Notes under the pieces: generated by a model | What the model saw: only the letters and a program-made list of their open reading frames with translations | Database searches by the model: none | What the model was told of the DNA's origin: nothing | Shown: positions 15,481 to 31,750 of the stretch, in pieces | Layout: each line of letters opens with the position of its first letter | Numbering within the stretch: the first letter of the stretch is position 1 | Made by a program: the position numbers and the translations under genes | Source: the human T2T-CHM13v2.0 reference genome, Homo sapiens | DNA: 64,000 bases | Reading direction: 5' to 3' (one strand) | Assembly (NCBI RefSeq): GCF_009914755.1 | Contig: NC_060939.1

Positions 15481-15909
15481 AAAAAAAAAAAAAAAAAGAA
15501 GAAGAAGAAGGAAGAAGTGAGGGGAAGAAGAAGAAAGAAGAAGAGAAAGAAGGAAGAAGAGGAAGGAGGAAGCAGAAGGAGGAAGAGGAAAAAGGAGGTG
15601 GAGGAGGAGGAGGAAGAAGAAAAAGAAGAAGGAAGAGGAGGAGAAGAAAGAAGGTGGAGGAAGGAGGAGGAAGAAAGAAAAGAAGATGAGAGGGTAGAGG
15701 TGGGGGGAGAAGGATGGAGGAGGATTAAGAAGGAGGCAGGAGAAGAAGGAGGTGAGAGAAGGAAGAAGAAGAAGGAGGAGGAGAAAAAGAAGAGGAAGAA
15801 AAGGAGGAGGAGGAGGCGGAGGAGGAGGAAGCAGAAGAAGAAGAAGAAAGGAGGAGGGAGAAGAAGAAGGAAGAAGGACAGGAAGGAGGAGGGGAGGAAG
15901 AAAAGGAGG
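15481..15909 (+). repeat. ~430-bp purine-rich (GAA/GGA)n low-complexity tract
   Basis: A17 followed by mixed GAA/GGA triplets, very few pyrimidines. Confidence 0.95.
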
Positions 15910-16078
15910 CACGTGATCAGAGCCAAAGCTTGGGTGGTCAGGTTATTATGTATTCCAGCAGATGAAAGACATCACTCTCTCTTTCAGACCACAGAGAAGA
16001 TAAAGAGTTCAGCTGCAAAGGAAGGCAGTATGGAGCCTAAAGGCTGTAGCGGGGCTTATTACATACAAGCAGCCCTGA

Positions 16079-16412
<334 letters not shown>

Positions 16413-16443
16413 ACTTTATTTATTTCAAGATGGATGTTGTTCC

Positions 16444-17210
<767 letters not shown>

Positions 17211-17212
17211 GT

Positions 17213-17320
17213 TCTCATTATACAAATGAGCAGACTGAGGCTCAGAGAGGTTAAATGAATTGCCCAAGGTCATCCATCTAGTGACCATCAGAGCCAGGAT
17301 TTGAACCCACATTGCTTTAA
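17213..17320 (-). mobile_element. MIR
   Basis: actgaggctcagagaggttaaatgaattgcccaaggtca...gagccaggatttgaaccc. Confidence 0.8.
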
Positions 17321-17396
17321 GACTGAGATGCTCTTATGTCCTCTGAACTGAGGACTGGTGAAGAGAGAAAAGGTTAGCAGCAGTCAGTGTGGGCAA

Positions 17397-17515
17397 TGAC
17401 CTTGAAATATCCAATGTCAAATATCAATGGCCAGGGCTCTACTGAGCTGGAGGACATATAATTCTTATGTCAGGTCTGCTAAATTGGATGTCAATTGATA
17501 TATTTTAATGATAAC
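17397..17515. promoter_or_regulatory. Candidate endoderm/liver-type enhancer module
   Basis: TGACCTTGA (NR5A/ERR), GTCAAATA (FOX-like), ATCAAT and ATTGAT (ONECUT), TTAATGATAAC (HNF1-like/GATA). Confidence 0.3.
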
Positions 17516-17619
17516 TTACAATATTTCTGAACCTTAGGATGGGAATGGCAAATTTAGGGGGAAAGCTGATGAGTACTGTCTTTAGAGCAGAAGTTCAAAG
17601 AAATAAAAACAACGGTGAG

Positions 17620-17830
17620 AGCAATAATCGATGCTTCTATAGTACTTTACAGTTTCTACAGGATGTTCACATTCATTATATTACTCAAGTGTCCCTGTAC
17701 AGTACTTATTGCCAGCCTGAATTTACCCACAGGAAAGCGAGGCTCAGAAAGTAAAGGACTTACCCAGGACCTTTCAGCTGGTACGGAGAGGAACGGTCAG
17801 GGTTCTAATCCTATTCTCTTTCTACTGAAT
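17620..17830 (-). mobile_element. MIR
   Basis: aggaaagcgaggctcagaaagtaaaggacttacccagg. Confidence 0.6.
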
Positions 17831-17859
17831 CACCTTAGGCAACTTCTTCAGAGAGATGA

Positions 17860-18260
17860 CAGCTGAAGCAGTGCGAATTAGGACACATCACTGAAAGACA
17901 GGACAGTATAGAGAAAAAAGAGCATGGGGCAAAGCCTGGGCCTCAAAGACAGTGTTTTAAAGAGTCATGATAGAGACAGTTAGAGGAACAAGTGGATGTA
18001 CTCAGCAGAATCACAGAATTGAGGGAGAAAGCTACAAGGGTAAGCAATATTAAATGCTTGGGGAAGGCCAAGGAGAATAAAGATGGACAACATTTCATGG
18101 GATTTGGGAATGAGTAGTCCCCTGATGGCCTCTTTAAGGTTTCAGGAGAACAGTGGGCGGAAACTGGAGTGCAGGGGGTGGGGCTGAGGAAATGGGATGA
18201 TGAGTGGCTCCATTTTTCATTCCGAAAGTTTGGCAGGGAAAAGGAAGAGAGAACAGGACT
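17860..18260 (-). mobile_element. L2 fragment
   Basis: ggtttcaggagaacagtgggcggaaactggagtgcaggggg...aagtttggcagggaaaaggaag. Confidence 0.55.
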
Positions 18261-18564
18261 GTAGCTGGAGGGCACAGCAGGACCCAGAAAAGGTTTTTCC
18301 AAGGGGGAGGCAGGGGGACCTGTGCATGTCTGGAATACATCTGATCTCAAGGCTAGATTCTGTTTCCAGATGTGCAGTCACCAGTGATGAATACAATAAC
18401 GTCTCCATCTGTCAGCTGAGTACACTCCTTCTCACACAAAGATGTCCATGTTTACTAGCATATGTTATTAATTTTATTTGCATTGCAGTGGACAGTATAT
18501 TGCCTAAAACTTGTCAGAGAAGCCCCTGCTCTAGATTTATGTCTACGTTACCATGCAGCAACAT

Positions 18565-18810
18565 TTATTGCACAGTGATGAAGAGCTCAGTTTTTGAAGA
18601 CAGAAAGACCTGGTGTGGACATTAGCTCTAATAGCCAGTGCAGCCTTGGGCCAGTTAACATCCCTTAAGCTCAGGTTCCTCATCTGGAAATCAGGAATCA
18701 TATCCATCACAGAGTACTGTGAGTAGGATTAAATGACCTAAGTTACGTACAGTGCTTAACTCAATGCCTGGAATATGTAAACACTCAGTACATGGTAACT
18801 ATTAGTAGTT
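18565..18810 (+). mobile_element. MIR (near full length)
   Basis: ccttgggccagttaacatcccttaagctcaggttcctcatctggaaa...aggattaaatga...tgcctgga. Confidence 0.8.
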
Positions 18811-19142
18811 GTGGTCTTGGGTCAAGTAGTAAAAGCAATGCTACCATTGTTTTATCCTTAAAAATCAAAGTGGGGCACTGTTTTTATGTGTATCTCCACA
18901 CTGTATGGCAACCGTTTAGTCTCCTTTTACCAGGCTTTTACTTAGATCACAGACGAAGGATGCTGAACTGGCCATACCCCACACCAGAGCAGACCCCTTC
19001 CCCACTCATTCCTCTACTATCAGGTTAGTCTGTGTGTGGGAAAAGAGATCTGAGTTCTTTTCAAGCAGATCTGGGATGGGGGGAGGAGGAGGGAAGGAAG
19101 GACACCAAATGAAACTCTTTGATCTAAAAAAATGTCCTCCTC

Positions 19143-19143
<1 letters not shown>

Positions 19144-19191
<48 letters not shown>
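19144..19191 (+). repeat. (AC)24 microsatellite
   Basis: Directly visible perfect dinucleotide run. Confidence 0.97.
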
Positions 19192-19194
<3 letters not shown>

Positions 19195-19947
19195 GTTTTG
19201 CTCTGTCCAGTCTGTATCCAGGAGGCCTGTATCTTTTTTGAGGTCTCAGAGACAAAGATAAGAACATTGTTGAGAGTTTCAACGTTTATAAATATTAAAA
19301 ATTGCAAAATCAGACTGAACCATCATAGCTCTTCCTTGGCCCATAAATCACTACTGGATTCGGTTCTTGGAAATCTTATTGAATTATAATAAACATTTTA
19401 ACTTTCAGAAAAGTGATCCATTTGAGGGGAATAGATGGGGGGTGGGGTGGAGAAATGGCAGAGCTGCTGAATAGCTGTAGGCCAGACTGCCCCAGAAACC
19501 TAGACAAATATAAACAAATATCCATGCCCACTGCGATTTTCTTTCAAGTTTTCTCAGCTCTTCACAAATACCACTTCTCCTTTGATCAAAGTTTCTTCTG
19601 AAGACCTAGGGGGAAAGATGGAGCAGGCTTCCTGCTGCTCTTGCCCCATTTTATCTCATTGAGACCCACTGCTGATTAGGAGAAGGCCACTTGGTCCAGA
19701 AGCCCACACATCTCTGCTCTTGGAATGTGCTCACTACAGTACTCTCTGCTGTCACAGGAAGAGTGATTGCCTCTCTGGAGTGTGAAGATAAACAGATTTC
19801 TCTGTCTGCAAAGCTTGTTCCCAGCACCACCTACCCACCCCTGCTCTGGAAGCACCCTCCTGGCCATCCTGTGCTTTAAAAACAACCCCAAAATATGACA
19901 GCTCTGCCCCCAGATTCTTTCTACAGTCCCATATAATTGTCATCTCA

Positions 19948-20418
<471 letters not shown>

Positions 20419-20682
20419 TCAAATTTCTTTCTGAGGATCTACAGGGATCTTGCCAAAATCTGGGAACTCGTGTCCCTGTTATCCTGGGCTGGGTACCCAG
20501 TTGATCATGGTGGCCCCGTCTCCCTCCACCAGAAGAGGAGTATCTCTGAAGCCCCAGAGACATCTTCTTTTTTTTTTTTTCTTTTCTGTCTGTGATTCAG
20601 CAATGGGTGGGGGTGGGAATGGAGAGTGAATATCTGGAAAGGACTCAAATTCTCATATATTATATATTGTTATAGTAGTTCA

Positions 20683-21375
<693 letters not shown>

Positions 21376-21852
21376 TCAGTGAAAATCTGACTTGCATTTC
21401 CATCAGTGAAAGATTATGGGAGGAAAGTGGGCTGGGAATAGTTTGGTTGCAAGAAGCCACGGGCCTGCTCTCAAAATTCTTCCTTTTCATGGCAAAAGCA
21501 ATGGGCTTTGTTGTTGGGACAATGACAGTTTCCTACTGGCATGATTTGCAAGCCTGGATTTAGCTTTTCAAAGTGAAGGCCTCACAAAAATCGAAGGAAT
21601 AAACACTGTCCCCTAATGGACTCACACATGCAAATATCATGTCTGGTGGTACAGCTAAAGCACGGAAGAGCACAGCCCCCAGGCCAGGTAGGAATTTTAA
21701 AGCGATAACCTTCTCAGAATAGCCAATTGGGTCAATAATCCCCCAGCAGCAGGTAACAAAAGGCTGCTTGATGAGTTGCAGACAGGGCTCCCTGCCAGAG
21801 GCCCCTAATGGTCAGAGGTACATTCCCTGGTGTCTTCATGCTTTTGTTCTAG

Positions 21853-21905
21853 AAAAACCTCTCCAGGCTCTGTGGGTTCCCTTCTGGCGCCAGCTCCCCA
21901 GGCAG
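21853..21905 (+). other. Candidate 53-nt internal exon
   Basis: Acceptor tcttcatgcttttgttctag|, donor CAG|GTAAGG followed by G-runs, CTAAT branch-like motif at ~21805. Confidence 0.22.
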
Positions 21906-22267
21906 GTAAGGGAAGGGAGGGAGGGAAACAGAGAGAAGAAGGGGGCTTTCTTCTTCCCTGGCAGCAGGAAAGCCTTCTGTGGAAAGGAGGGCAGATGAGC
22001 ATGGGGAAGGGGGTGTACCTGACTCTGTCTTCTGCTTGCAGTTTTGGGAGCTGGGTCTCTCACCAGTGGGCAAACTGATGACCCCAAATATTGCAGGGAA
22101 GTTTTAGTACTCCCTCTTCAGCTCTCCAGGGCAGGCAGGATAGTGAGCTTGGGGGACTGGGGACTCCTCTCCTTGGGCGCCCTAAGAAAAGAGCCACATT
22201 CCATCTGATCTTGGGCAAGAAAAGAGAGGTGAGGCAAAAGTAGGAGGTGTGAAAGTTCACCTTTGGG

Positions 22268-22925
<658 letters not shown>

Positions 22926-23069
22926 GGATCACTCCCATGATGCCTCTCCAAAGCATCCTTCTCCATTGTTCCAAAATGTCTTTGTCCTTTTCAGTTAACA
23001 ATAGACAGTAGACACCTGGAGGGTCTCCCAGGTATCTGGCATTCTAGTGGAGGACAAAGAGAATAAAGA

Positions 23070-23690
<621 letters not shown>

Positions 23691-24510
23691 TAAAGTGACA
23701 AAGCCCGTATTTACATCACACCCCACTTATCTGGCTAATCAATCCATAGCAGCAAATGAGGTGTCCTCTATAAAGGTTGTGTTCAGAGGTTATAGAAGGG
23801 TTCTAGTAGCTGTACTACAAGACTATCAAGGAAATTTTAAGTAAAAATAAATATATGTTTGCTTGGAAGGGCTGGTTCCTACCTCTTTTTGGTTAGCTGT
23901 CATATAATAAGTCAGAATGGCGAATAGCTTGATTAGCCCCCTTCAAAATCCCCTTCCCTCAATCTTTAATATTGACAGAAACGCAACGTTTATGAGAACT
24001 CACATTAAGGTGTAAAAATATCTTAATTTACTGTTCTAACTTTTGGAAAGGAGCTTGATGCCAAATTACCTCTGAATTACCCTAATGCCAAATTACCTCT
24101 GAAGAGGTAATTCAGCAGGTTGTGGGATTTCTTGTTGGGATCAGAGATGGTTTCCTGGGGCTACAGGAAGGACACTTGGAGTGGGAGTGGGTGGCAGAGG
24201 TTTTCCTCTCCTAGGATCCTCAGATGATCTCACAGTTTGTTACAAAAGGACTCAGTTCACAGATTCCCCCCTTCCAAGTGGGATTCCCTAACAAGGCCTG
24301 ACATTTTATACTTTCTACACAGTATTCACCTTTATTCTTCTGTAGGATCCTCACCAACAAACTGGTGATTGAACAAATATGAAAAAAAGGGACAGGAGGA
24401 CGTTTTCCTTTTGGAAAGTTGTACTAACAAATGGATGGCCCAGGTGTGATCATGCACTGTTCTTGGGATGCTGACGGGAGTGGCATTGCATGCTGGGCAG
24501 CAGTGGGCAG

Positions 24511-24529
24511 CTAACAGTAGGGGGCGCTG
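24511..24529 (+). promoter_or_regulatory. Candidate CTCF site (forward)
   Basis: CTAACAGTAGGGGGCGCTG versus core consensus TGGCCACCAGGGGGCGCTA. Confidence 0.5.
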
Positions 24530-24805
24530 TTGAGGTTATGATATGGGGCATTTTGGGAGGAGAGGAGTGAAGAAAGAGAAATGATGGTGATTTTTAAAAA
24601 AGTGTCTAGAAAGGCCGTTGGGAGCCTGATGGTGAAGGGTCTTGCCTGCCTGCAGCGGGATCTGACCCTAATCACAGCCTTTCTCTCATTGTTTTTCCAA
24701 GTCACACGAGTGCCCTCAGGATGTTCGGACATGATCCAGTTTGAAGGGGTCCTATGGTTTACTAAGCTTAATCTTTGGGTTAGACAAGTTAGATAGGTTC
24801 CCCCC

Positions 24806-25200
24806 TCATATGGTTTGGCTCTGTGGGTCCCCAACCAAATCTCATGTCAAATTGTAATCCTCAGTGTTGGAGGAGGAACCTGGTGGCAGGTGATTGGATC
24901 ATGGGGACGAATTTCCACCTTGCTGTTCTCGTGATAGTGCGTGAGTTCTCATGAGATCTGGTTTAAAAGTGTGTAGCACCCTCCCCCTCCCCACTCCCGT
25001 TTGTTCTCTGTCTCTTGCTCTGCCATGTGAAGATGTGCCTGCTTCCCCTTCACTTTTGGCCATAATTGTAAGTTTCCTGAGGCCTCCCAGCCATGCTTCC
25101 TGTACAGCCTGCAGATCTGTGAGTCATTTAAACCTCTTTTCTTTATAAATTACCCAGTCTCCAGTAGTTCCTTATAGTAATTCAAGAACGAACTAATACT
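24806..25200 (+). mobile_element. MSTA-like solo LTR (MaLR)
   Basis: tatggtttggctctgtg...aaatctcatg...gtgattggatcatgggg...ataaattacccagtctc...ctaatac. Confidence 0.9.
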
Positions 25201-25350
25201 GCCCCCCCCACCCTCCACCACCTGCCCCATGAATTTTCAGAGTCTAATATATTCTAAGAGGCTTTATTATTATTATTTTTTAGCATGGAACATGCTGTTT
25301 TATTATATAGGATAAAAGCATTTTTGTATGATTCAACAAATCTTCAGCAC

Positions 25351-26101
<751 letters not shown>

Positions 26102-26624
26102 GAAAACCCAGAAGGCACTAAACATGGCTCTAGACACTGGATGACAGAGAAGTAAACTAAAGAGACAAGTTTCCTGCCCCCCATGGAGCTTATGTTCCTA
26201 TAGATGAGTCTGAATGTCATGTCCGGGATGAGTTGGGAGTGGGAGGCCAGGCAGAGAGAGAACAGAGGAGGCTGGAGTCTAGAATGTTAGAGACTCTTGT
26301 GTTAGCATGAAAGCCAAAAGGTCATATTAAGACTGGAGTAGGGCAGTCAGCCTGGGGTGAAAGGGGCTGATAAAAGATTTGTTTTGGAAAAGGACTCAGT
26401 AATAATTAATAATAGGACAGACACCAACTCTTCATTTTATAGGGGGAAAATAAACTCATATAAGGTCTTGAGAGGTGACACAATGAGTTCAAGATCTCAT
26501 GACAGGTAGTGACATTCTTGATTTAAGGCCCTTCTCAACATGTTTGCATTGATGTCCTGGAATAATACCCTGAATCACAGTTCCGGGCCAAATTTTAATC
26601 AACCTGAATTTTTAAAATATGTAT

Positions 26625-26989
26625 AACCAAGGATGCCTAATGTCTTAACAAAATACCGCAGACTGGGTAATTTATAAAGAACAGATATTTATTTTCTTAC
26701 AGTTCTGGGGGCTGGGAAGTCCCAGATTAAGGCACCAGCAGGTTTACTGTCAGGTGAGGGCCTGTTCCCCACTTCAAGGTGGTACCTTGTTGCTGTATCC
26801 CCACATGGCAGAAGAGCTGGAAGGAAACAAACCCACTCTCTCAAGCCCTTTTATAAGGGCCCTAATCTCATGCAAGAGGGCTCCTCCCTCATGCTTAGTC
26901 ACCTCCTAAACATCCCACCTCTTAACACTCTTACACTGGTCATTAAGTTTCAACACATGCATTTTTGGGAACACATTCAGACCATACCA
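26625..26989 (-). mobile_element. MST-family solo LTR (MSTC/D-like)
   Basis: agactgggtaatttataaagaacag...ggctgggaagtcccagattaaggcaccagcagg...cattcagaccata. Confidence 0.85.
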
Positions 26990-28231
26990 CCCTATTTGGC
27001 CACAACTAAGCATGGCCTATTGTGAAAAACCAGACCAAGATTTGAGAGCCAAGCAATGGAATATAGAATGAAACACCCCCAACTTGAAAGTAATGGGATA
27101 ACAAGTCAGATCACCTGGTCTGTCATCTGAACTTTGCCTCAGATAAATGTGGAGTGACCCAAAAGGAAATCAGATGACAAAGGAGCATAGCAATCCTGGT
27201 TTGTTTTTCTGATCACCCAGCCCCATTGCAGGAAGCAGAGGGAGTGAAGTATTTGGGAAGAGCAGCCTGGAGAGAAGCAGCAGCACAAACCTCACCCTCA
27301 GTGGGTAATGAGTGTTTACATTAGCTGAGTGAGGCCCAGGAAGTGGCAGGTGGGGCACCCTTGCCTCCTTCCAAGCCCAGCTGTAGAGTCACACTACTGG
27401 AGAGGCTTTAACTATAATTAGCATTGGTTCTGATGACATTTTGGAAATATTTTCTGTGGTAAAGCAGCACCACGGCATTTAGACATTGAGAAAACACTAG
27501 AGAGTGGACTGAACTCATCTTACTCCAGGATGGCAGCTGTCAGACCAAAGACCACTTGTCCGCAGACCACTGGCCAGCCCGACACTGCTGGGTGTCCCTC
27601 ATCCCCCTCCCAAAACCTGGTGTGGGGTCAGACCACTACTATGGCTGTTGGGGGCAAACCCAGGCCAAGCTGAGCTTAGAGTTTGGGTTTATTTAGAAAG
27701 GAGCCCCAGTGTCCCATTCAGTCTGGGGCCAGCTGAGATCTGGCTGTCTTCCTAGTCTTTCCCAGGCAGTGCTGAGCTAGACCACCTTCGTCCTCCCTTT
27801 TCATAAGGGCTCCACTTCCCCAGGCTCACACAGGCCCAATCAAGCTGTGAGGCAATAAAATCTTAAGACAACTTGTGATTAGGCACCTATTGTGGGTATA
27901 GGGAATAGTTTCCTGACTATAGCAAAGGATGCAGTGACTGCAGTGAGGGCAGGAAAGGCATCCCAAAGTAGCTGGAAATGAAATTGAGCCTGGTTAGTGA
28001 GAACTCAGCCTCATCAGATGTTTGGAATAACCATGATGACTATTTTTTGAGAAACTGCTGTGTACCAAGCACTATGCTTAGCAGTTTGCATATATCTCAT
28101 TCTTCATGTTCCATGAATGCAGTTAACCTGATTGCTGTGTTCACTGCTGTATCTCTAACATACAGAGCAGTTTCTTGTACATAGTAGGTGCTTAATAAAT
28201 ATTTGTACAATACCTGAGAGGTAGGATTATG

Positions 28232-28526
28232 ATTTTTCTTTTTATTTATTTATTAGGGACAGGGTCTCACTCTGTCGCCCAGGCTGGAGTGCAGTGGTGT
28301 GATCATAGTTCACTGCAACCTTGAACTCCTGAGCTCAAGCAATCCTCCTGCCTCAGTCTCTTGAATAGCTGAGATTGCAGGCATGTGTCACCATGCCCAG
28401 CTAATTTTTTTTTTTTTTTTGTATAGACAGGGTCTCATTATGTTGTCCAGGTAGGTCTCAAACTCCTGGCCTCAAGTGATCCTCCCAAAGTGTTGGGACT
28501 ACGGGCATGAGCCATCATGCCAGGCC
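28232..28526 (-). mobile_element. AluJ inside a MIR
   Basis: gatcatagttcactgcaaccttgaactcctgagctcaagcaatcc. Confidence 0.9.
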
Positions 28527-28567
28527 ATAATTTCTCTTTCACAGTGCTGAAATTTAGGTTTGGGGTG

Positions 28568-28927
28568 TGTTATAGTTTGGCTGTGTCCCCACCCAAATCT
28601 CATCTTGAATTGTAACTCCCACAATCCCCACGTGCTATGGGAAGAACCCAGTAGAAGGTGATTGAAATATGGGGGTGGGTCTTTCCTGTGCTGTTCTTGT
28701 GATAGTGAATGGGTCTCATGAGATCTGATGGTTTGATAAGGGGAAACCCATTTCACTTGGCTCTCTTTCACTCTCTGGCCACCATGTGAGATGTGCTTTT
28801 CACTTTCCACCATGATTGTGAGGCTTCCCCAGCCACGTGGAACTGTAAGTGCAATAAACCTCTTTCTTTTGTAAATTGCCCAGTCTCAGGTATGTCTTTA
28901 TTAGCAGCATGAAAACAGACTAATACA
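28568..28927 (+). mobile_element. THE1 (C/D-like) 5' LTR
   Basis: tgttatagtttggctgtgtccccacccaaatctcatcttgaattgta...aataaacctctttc...gactaataca. Confidence 0.92.
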
Positions 28928-29766
28928 GTAAATTGGTACCAGTAGAGTGGGGCATTGCTGAAAAGACATCCGAAAATGTGGAAGCGACTTTGGAACTGGG
29001 TAAGAGGCAGAGGTTGCAACAGTTCAGAGGCTCAGAAGAAGACAGGAAAATGTGGGAAAGTTTGGAACTTCCTAGAGACTTGTTGAATGGCTTTGACCAA
29101 AAGCCTGATAGCGATATGGACAATAAGGTCCAGGCTGAAGTGGTCTCAGATGGAGATTAGTAACTTTTTGAGAACTGAAGCAAAGGCGACTCTTGTTATG
29201 TTTTGGCAAAGAGACTGGCTAGGCCCAGGGTCCCTGTGCTGTGTGCAGTCTAGGGACTTGGTGCCCTGTGTCCCAGCTGCTCCAGCCATGGCTGAAAGGG
29301 GCCAACTTAGAGCTCAGCCTGTAGCTTCAGAGTGTGCAAGCCCCAAGCCTTGGCAGCGTCCATGTGCCATTGAGTCTGCGAGTGCACAGAAGTCAAGAAC
29401 TGGGGTTTGGGAACCTCTGCCTAGATTTCAGAAGATGTATGGAAATGCCTGGATGCCCAGGCAGAAGTTTGCTGCAGGGGTGGGGCCCTCGTGGAGAACC
29501 TCTACTAAGGCAATGTGGAAGGGAAATGTGGGGTCAGAGCCACCATGCAGAGTCTCTACTGGGCCACTGCCTAGTAGGGCTGTGAGAAGCAGGCCACCAT
29601 CCGCCAGACTCCAGAATGGTAGATCCACTGACAGCTTGCACCGTGAACCTGGAAAAGCCACAGACACTCAGCGCCAGCCTGTGAAAGCAGGTGGGAAGGA
29701 GGCTGTACCCTGTAGAGCCATAAGGGTGGAGCTGCCCAAGACCATGGGAACCCACCTCTTGCATCA
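28928..29766 (+). mobile_element. THE1 internal sequence, internally deleted and 3'-truncated
   Basis: gtaaattggtaccagtagagtgggg start; deletion junction ~29220; ends gcatca before GGGTG. Confidence 0.9.
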
Positions 29767-30429
29767 GGGTGATCTGCCAAAATCACAGGGATAGAGTCAG
29801 GACTCAAACCCAAGCCTTACTGACCTAGAACAAGACTTTTAATCACTCTATTGCATTGGAAACATCTGGGCTTTAAAGAGGGCTGTGCTCAGTGCCTGCA
29901 GTCTGTAGACTGGACTTAATGCAACGACATACCTACCTAGTTCTCTGGCAAATTAAACCAAAGAATCAACAGTATTCAGCATACTTTTTAGCCCCTTTTT
30001 TGAAACCACCCCTCATCCCTGCAACCTGAGGGATTTTCCTCTTAGCTCCTTTTAGTCCTATAATGCACTGCTGGCACATAGATATAATACTACCCAATGA
30101 ATATTAATTTGAATAGGTGTTTGTTCCTTACATGTTGCTCATGATATTTCTTGCATTTTTTCTCGCATTTTTGAATTGCTGCTTCCTTTTTGCATGCACC
30201 CCTGGTTGTCCCAATTGGACTATAAGTAAGGACTGTGCTCCCAGGGTTAGTCTCTGTTTTATCCTTCCTACTCTATCCAGGCCAGGGCTAGTCCATTGCA
30301 GGGCTTTACCAATTTTAACACAAATGAGAGAGGCTGTTCTAAAACTCTCTGTGGGCAGGAACTCCATGACTACTCAAGGTATTTTCTTCTTTCCACTATT
30401 AGTTCTTTCAGTTGGTCCATTTGTAAGGC

Positions 30430-31130
30430 CTTTTGCATGTGCCAGAGGCTGAGCTAGAAGGGGAGGATGAGGAAAAGCCTGCTTCCTGCCCTCAAAGGGC
30501 ATACACAGGGTGGGTTAGGTGTGACACAGACAGGGCTATAAATAACCATTACTTGAAGTGGGAAGAAATAGTTTCATTGGAGAAGTATAGACAAAGCTTA
30601 GTAAAGCATGTCAGAGGAGGGAGAGATTGTTTCCAGCTGTCTAGATCAGGGAAGGTACCTCCCAGGATGTTCACTGTCTTATGCCACTCACCCCCATCAA
30701 AGAGAAGTGACCCCGAAAGACTTCAAAGGATACTACTAACTAAGTAGATAACTAAGCAACTGGAGAATCTAACCTTGTCTATATCCCTTGGAGTACATTT
30801 GAGTTTACCAAATACTGCACAGTGGAATCCTGTTTTAAAGAATTGCATTGACTATATAGAATTCTGAGAGAAGAGAATGGAGAAACAACCTCCAGCTTTG
30901 GTGATCAAGTTAGAGGTTGTGTGGGAATGCAATTTTGAAAGAGTGGTAACAGCAGAAGCCAGACTGCAAGGACAAAAATTGGGAAAGTATGATGAGGAAA
31001 TGGAGACAGTCATTTATTCAACAAATAATTGAATGTCAACTATGATTATGCCAAGCACTAGGCTAGGCACTGGAGATACTGAAATATACAAAACAGACAT
31101 GGTCCCTACTCTTTGGAATTGGCAACCTGT
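30430..31130 (-). mobile_element. Scattered L2 fragments
   Basis: catttattcaacaaataattgaatgtcaactatg...gccaagcactaggctaggcactggagatac. Confidence 0.6.
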
Positions 31131-31245
31131 GAATCCTCTTTTGAGAGGATTGGAAGTTCCATGAGCAGAACTGGGAGGGTGGCTCCACAAATAGGTTGAG
31201 GGGAGTTTTTTGTTTGTTTGTTTGTTTGTTTTTAAGTAAGACCAG

Positions 31246-31478
<233 letters not shown>

Positions 31479-31589
31479 GTAAGAGAGACCAGGACATGGT
31501 TTCAGGCTGAAGGGAGGAAGTTAGAGATAGTTTGAAAATGCCAGGGGGCATGGATAACTAAGAATGTAAAATCCTAGAGGACATATGTG

Positions 31590-31750
31590 TATAATGTTTA
31601 AATCATGCCAGCATTGTGCTCCACACATCTTGTAAATGATCTTATTCCATCCTTACAATAATCCTATGCAGCAGTTATTGCTAGGTAAGGACACTGAGAT
31701 GCAAGGTCACATAGCAAGTAGGTGGAAACTGAGATGTGAAGCCAGGTCCC
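31590..31750 (-). mobile_element. MIR
   Basis: atccttacaataatcctatg...actgagatgcaaggtcacatagcaagta. Confidence 0.6.

Noticed and set aside
18383-18419. Box C (GTGATGA) ... box D (CTGA) suggesting a C/D snoRNA
   Set aside because: Only ~37 nt, no terminal stem and no C'/D' boxes; a similar box C at ~3484 has no matching box D.
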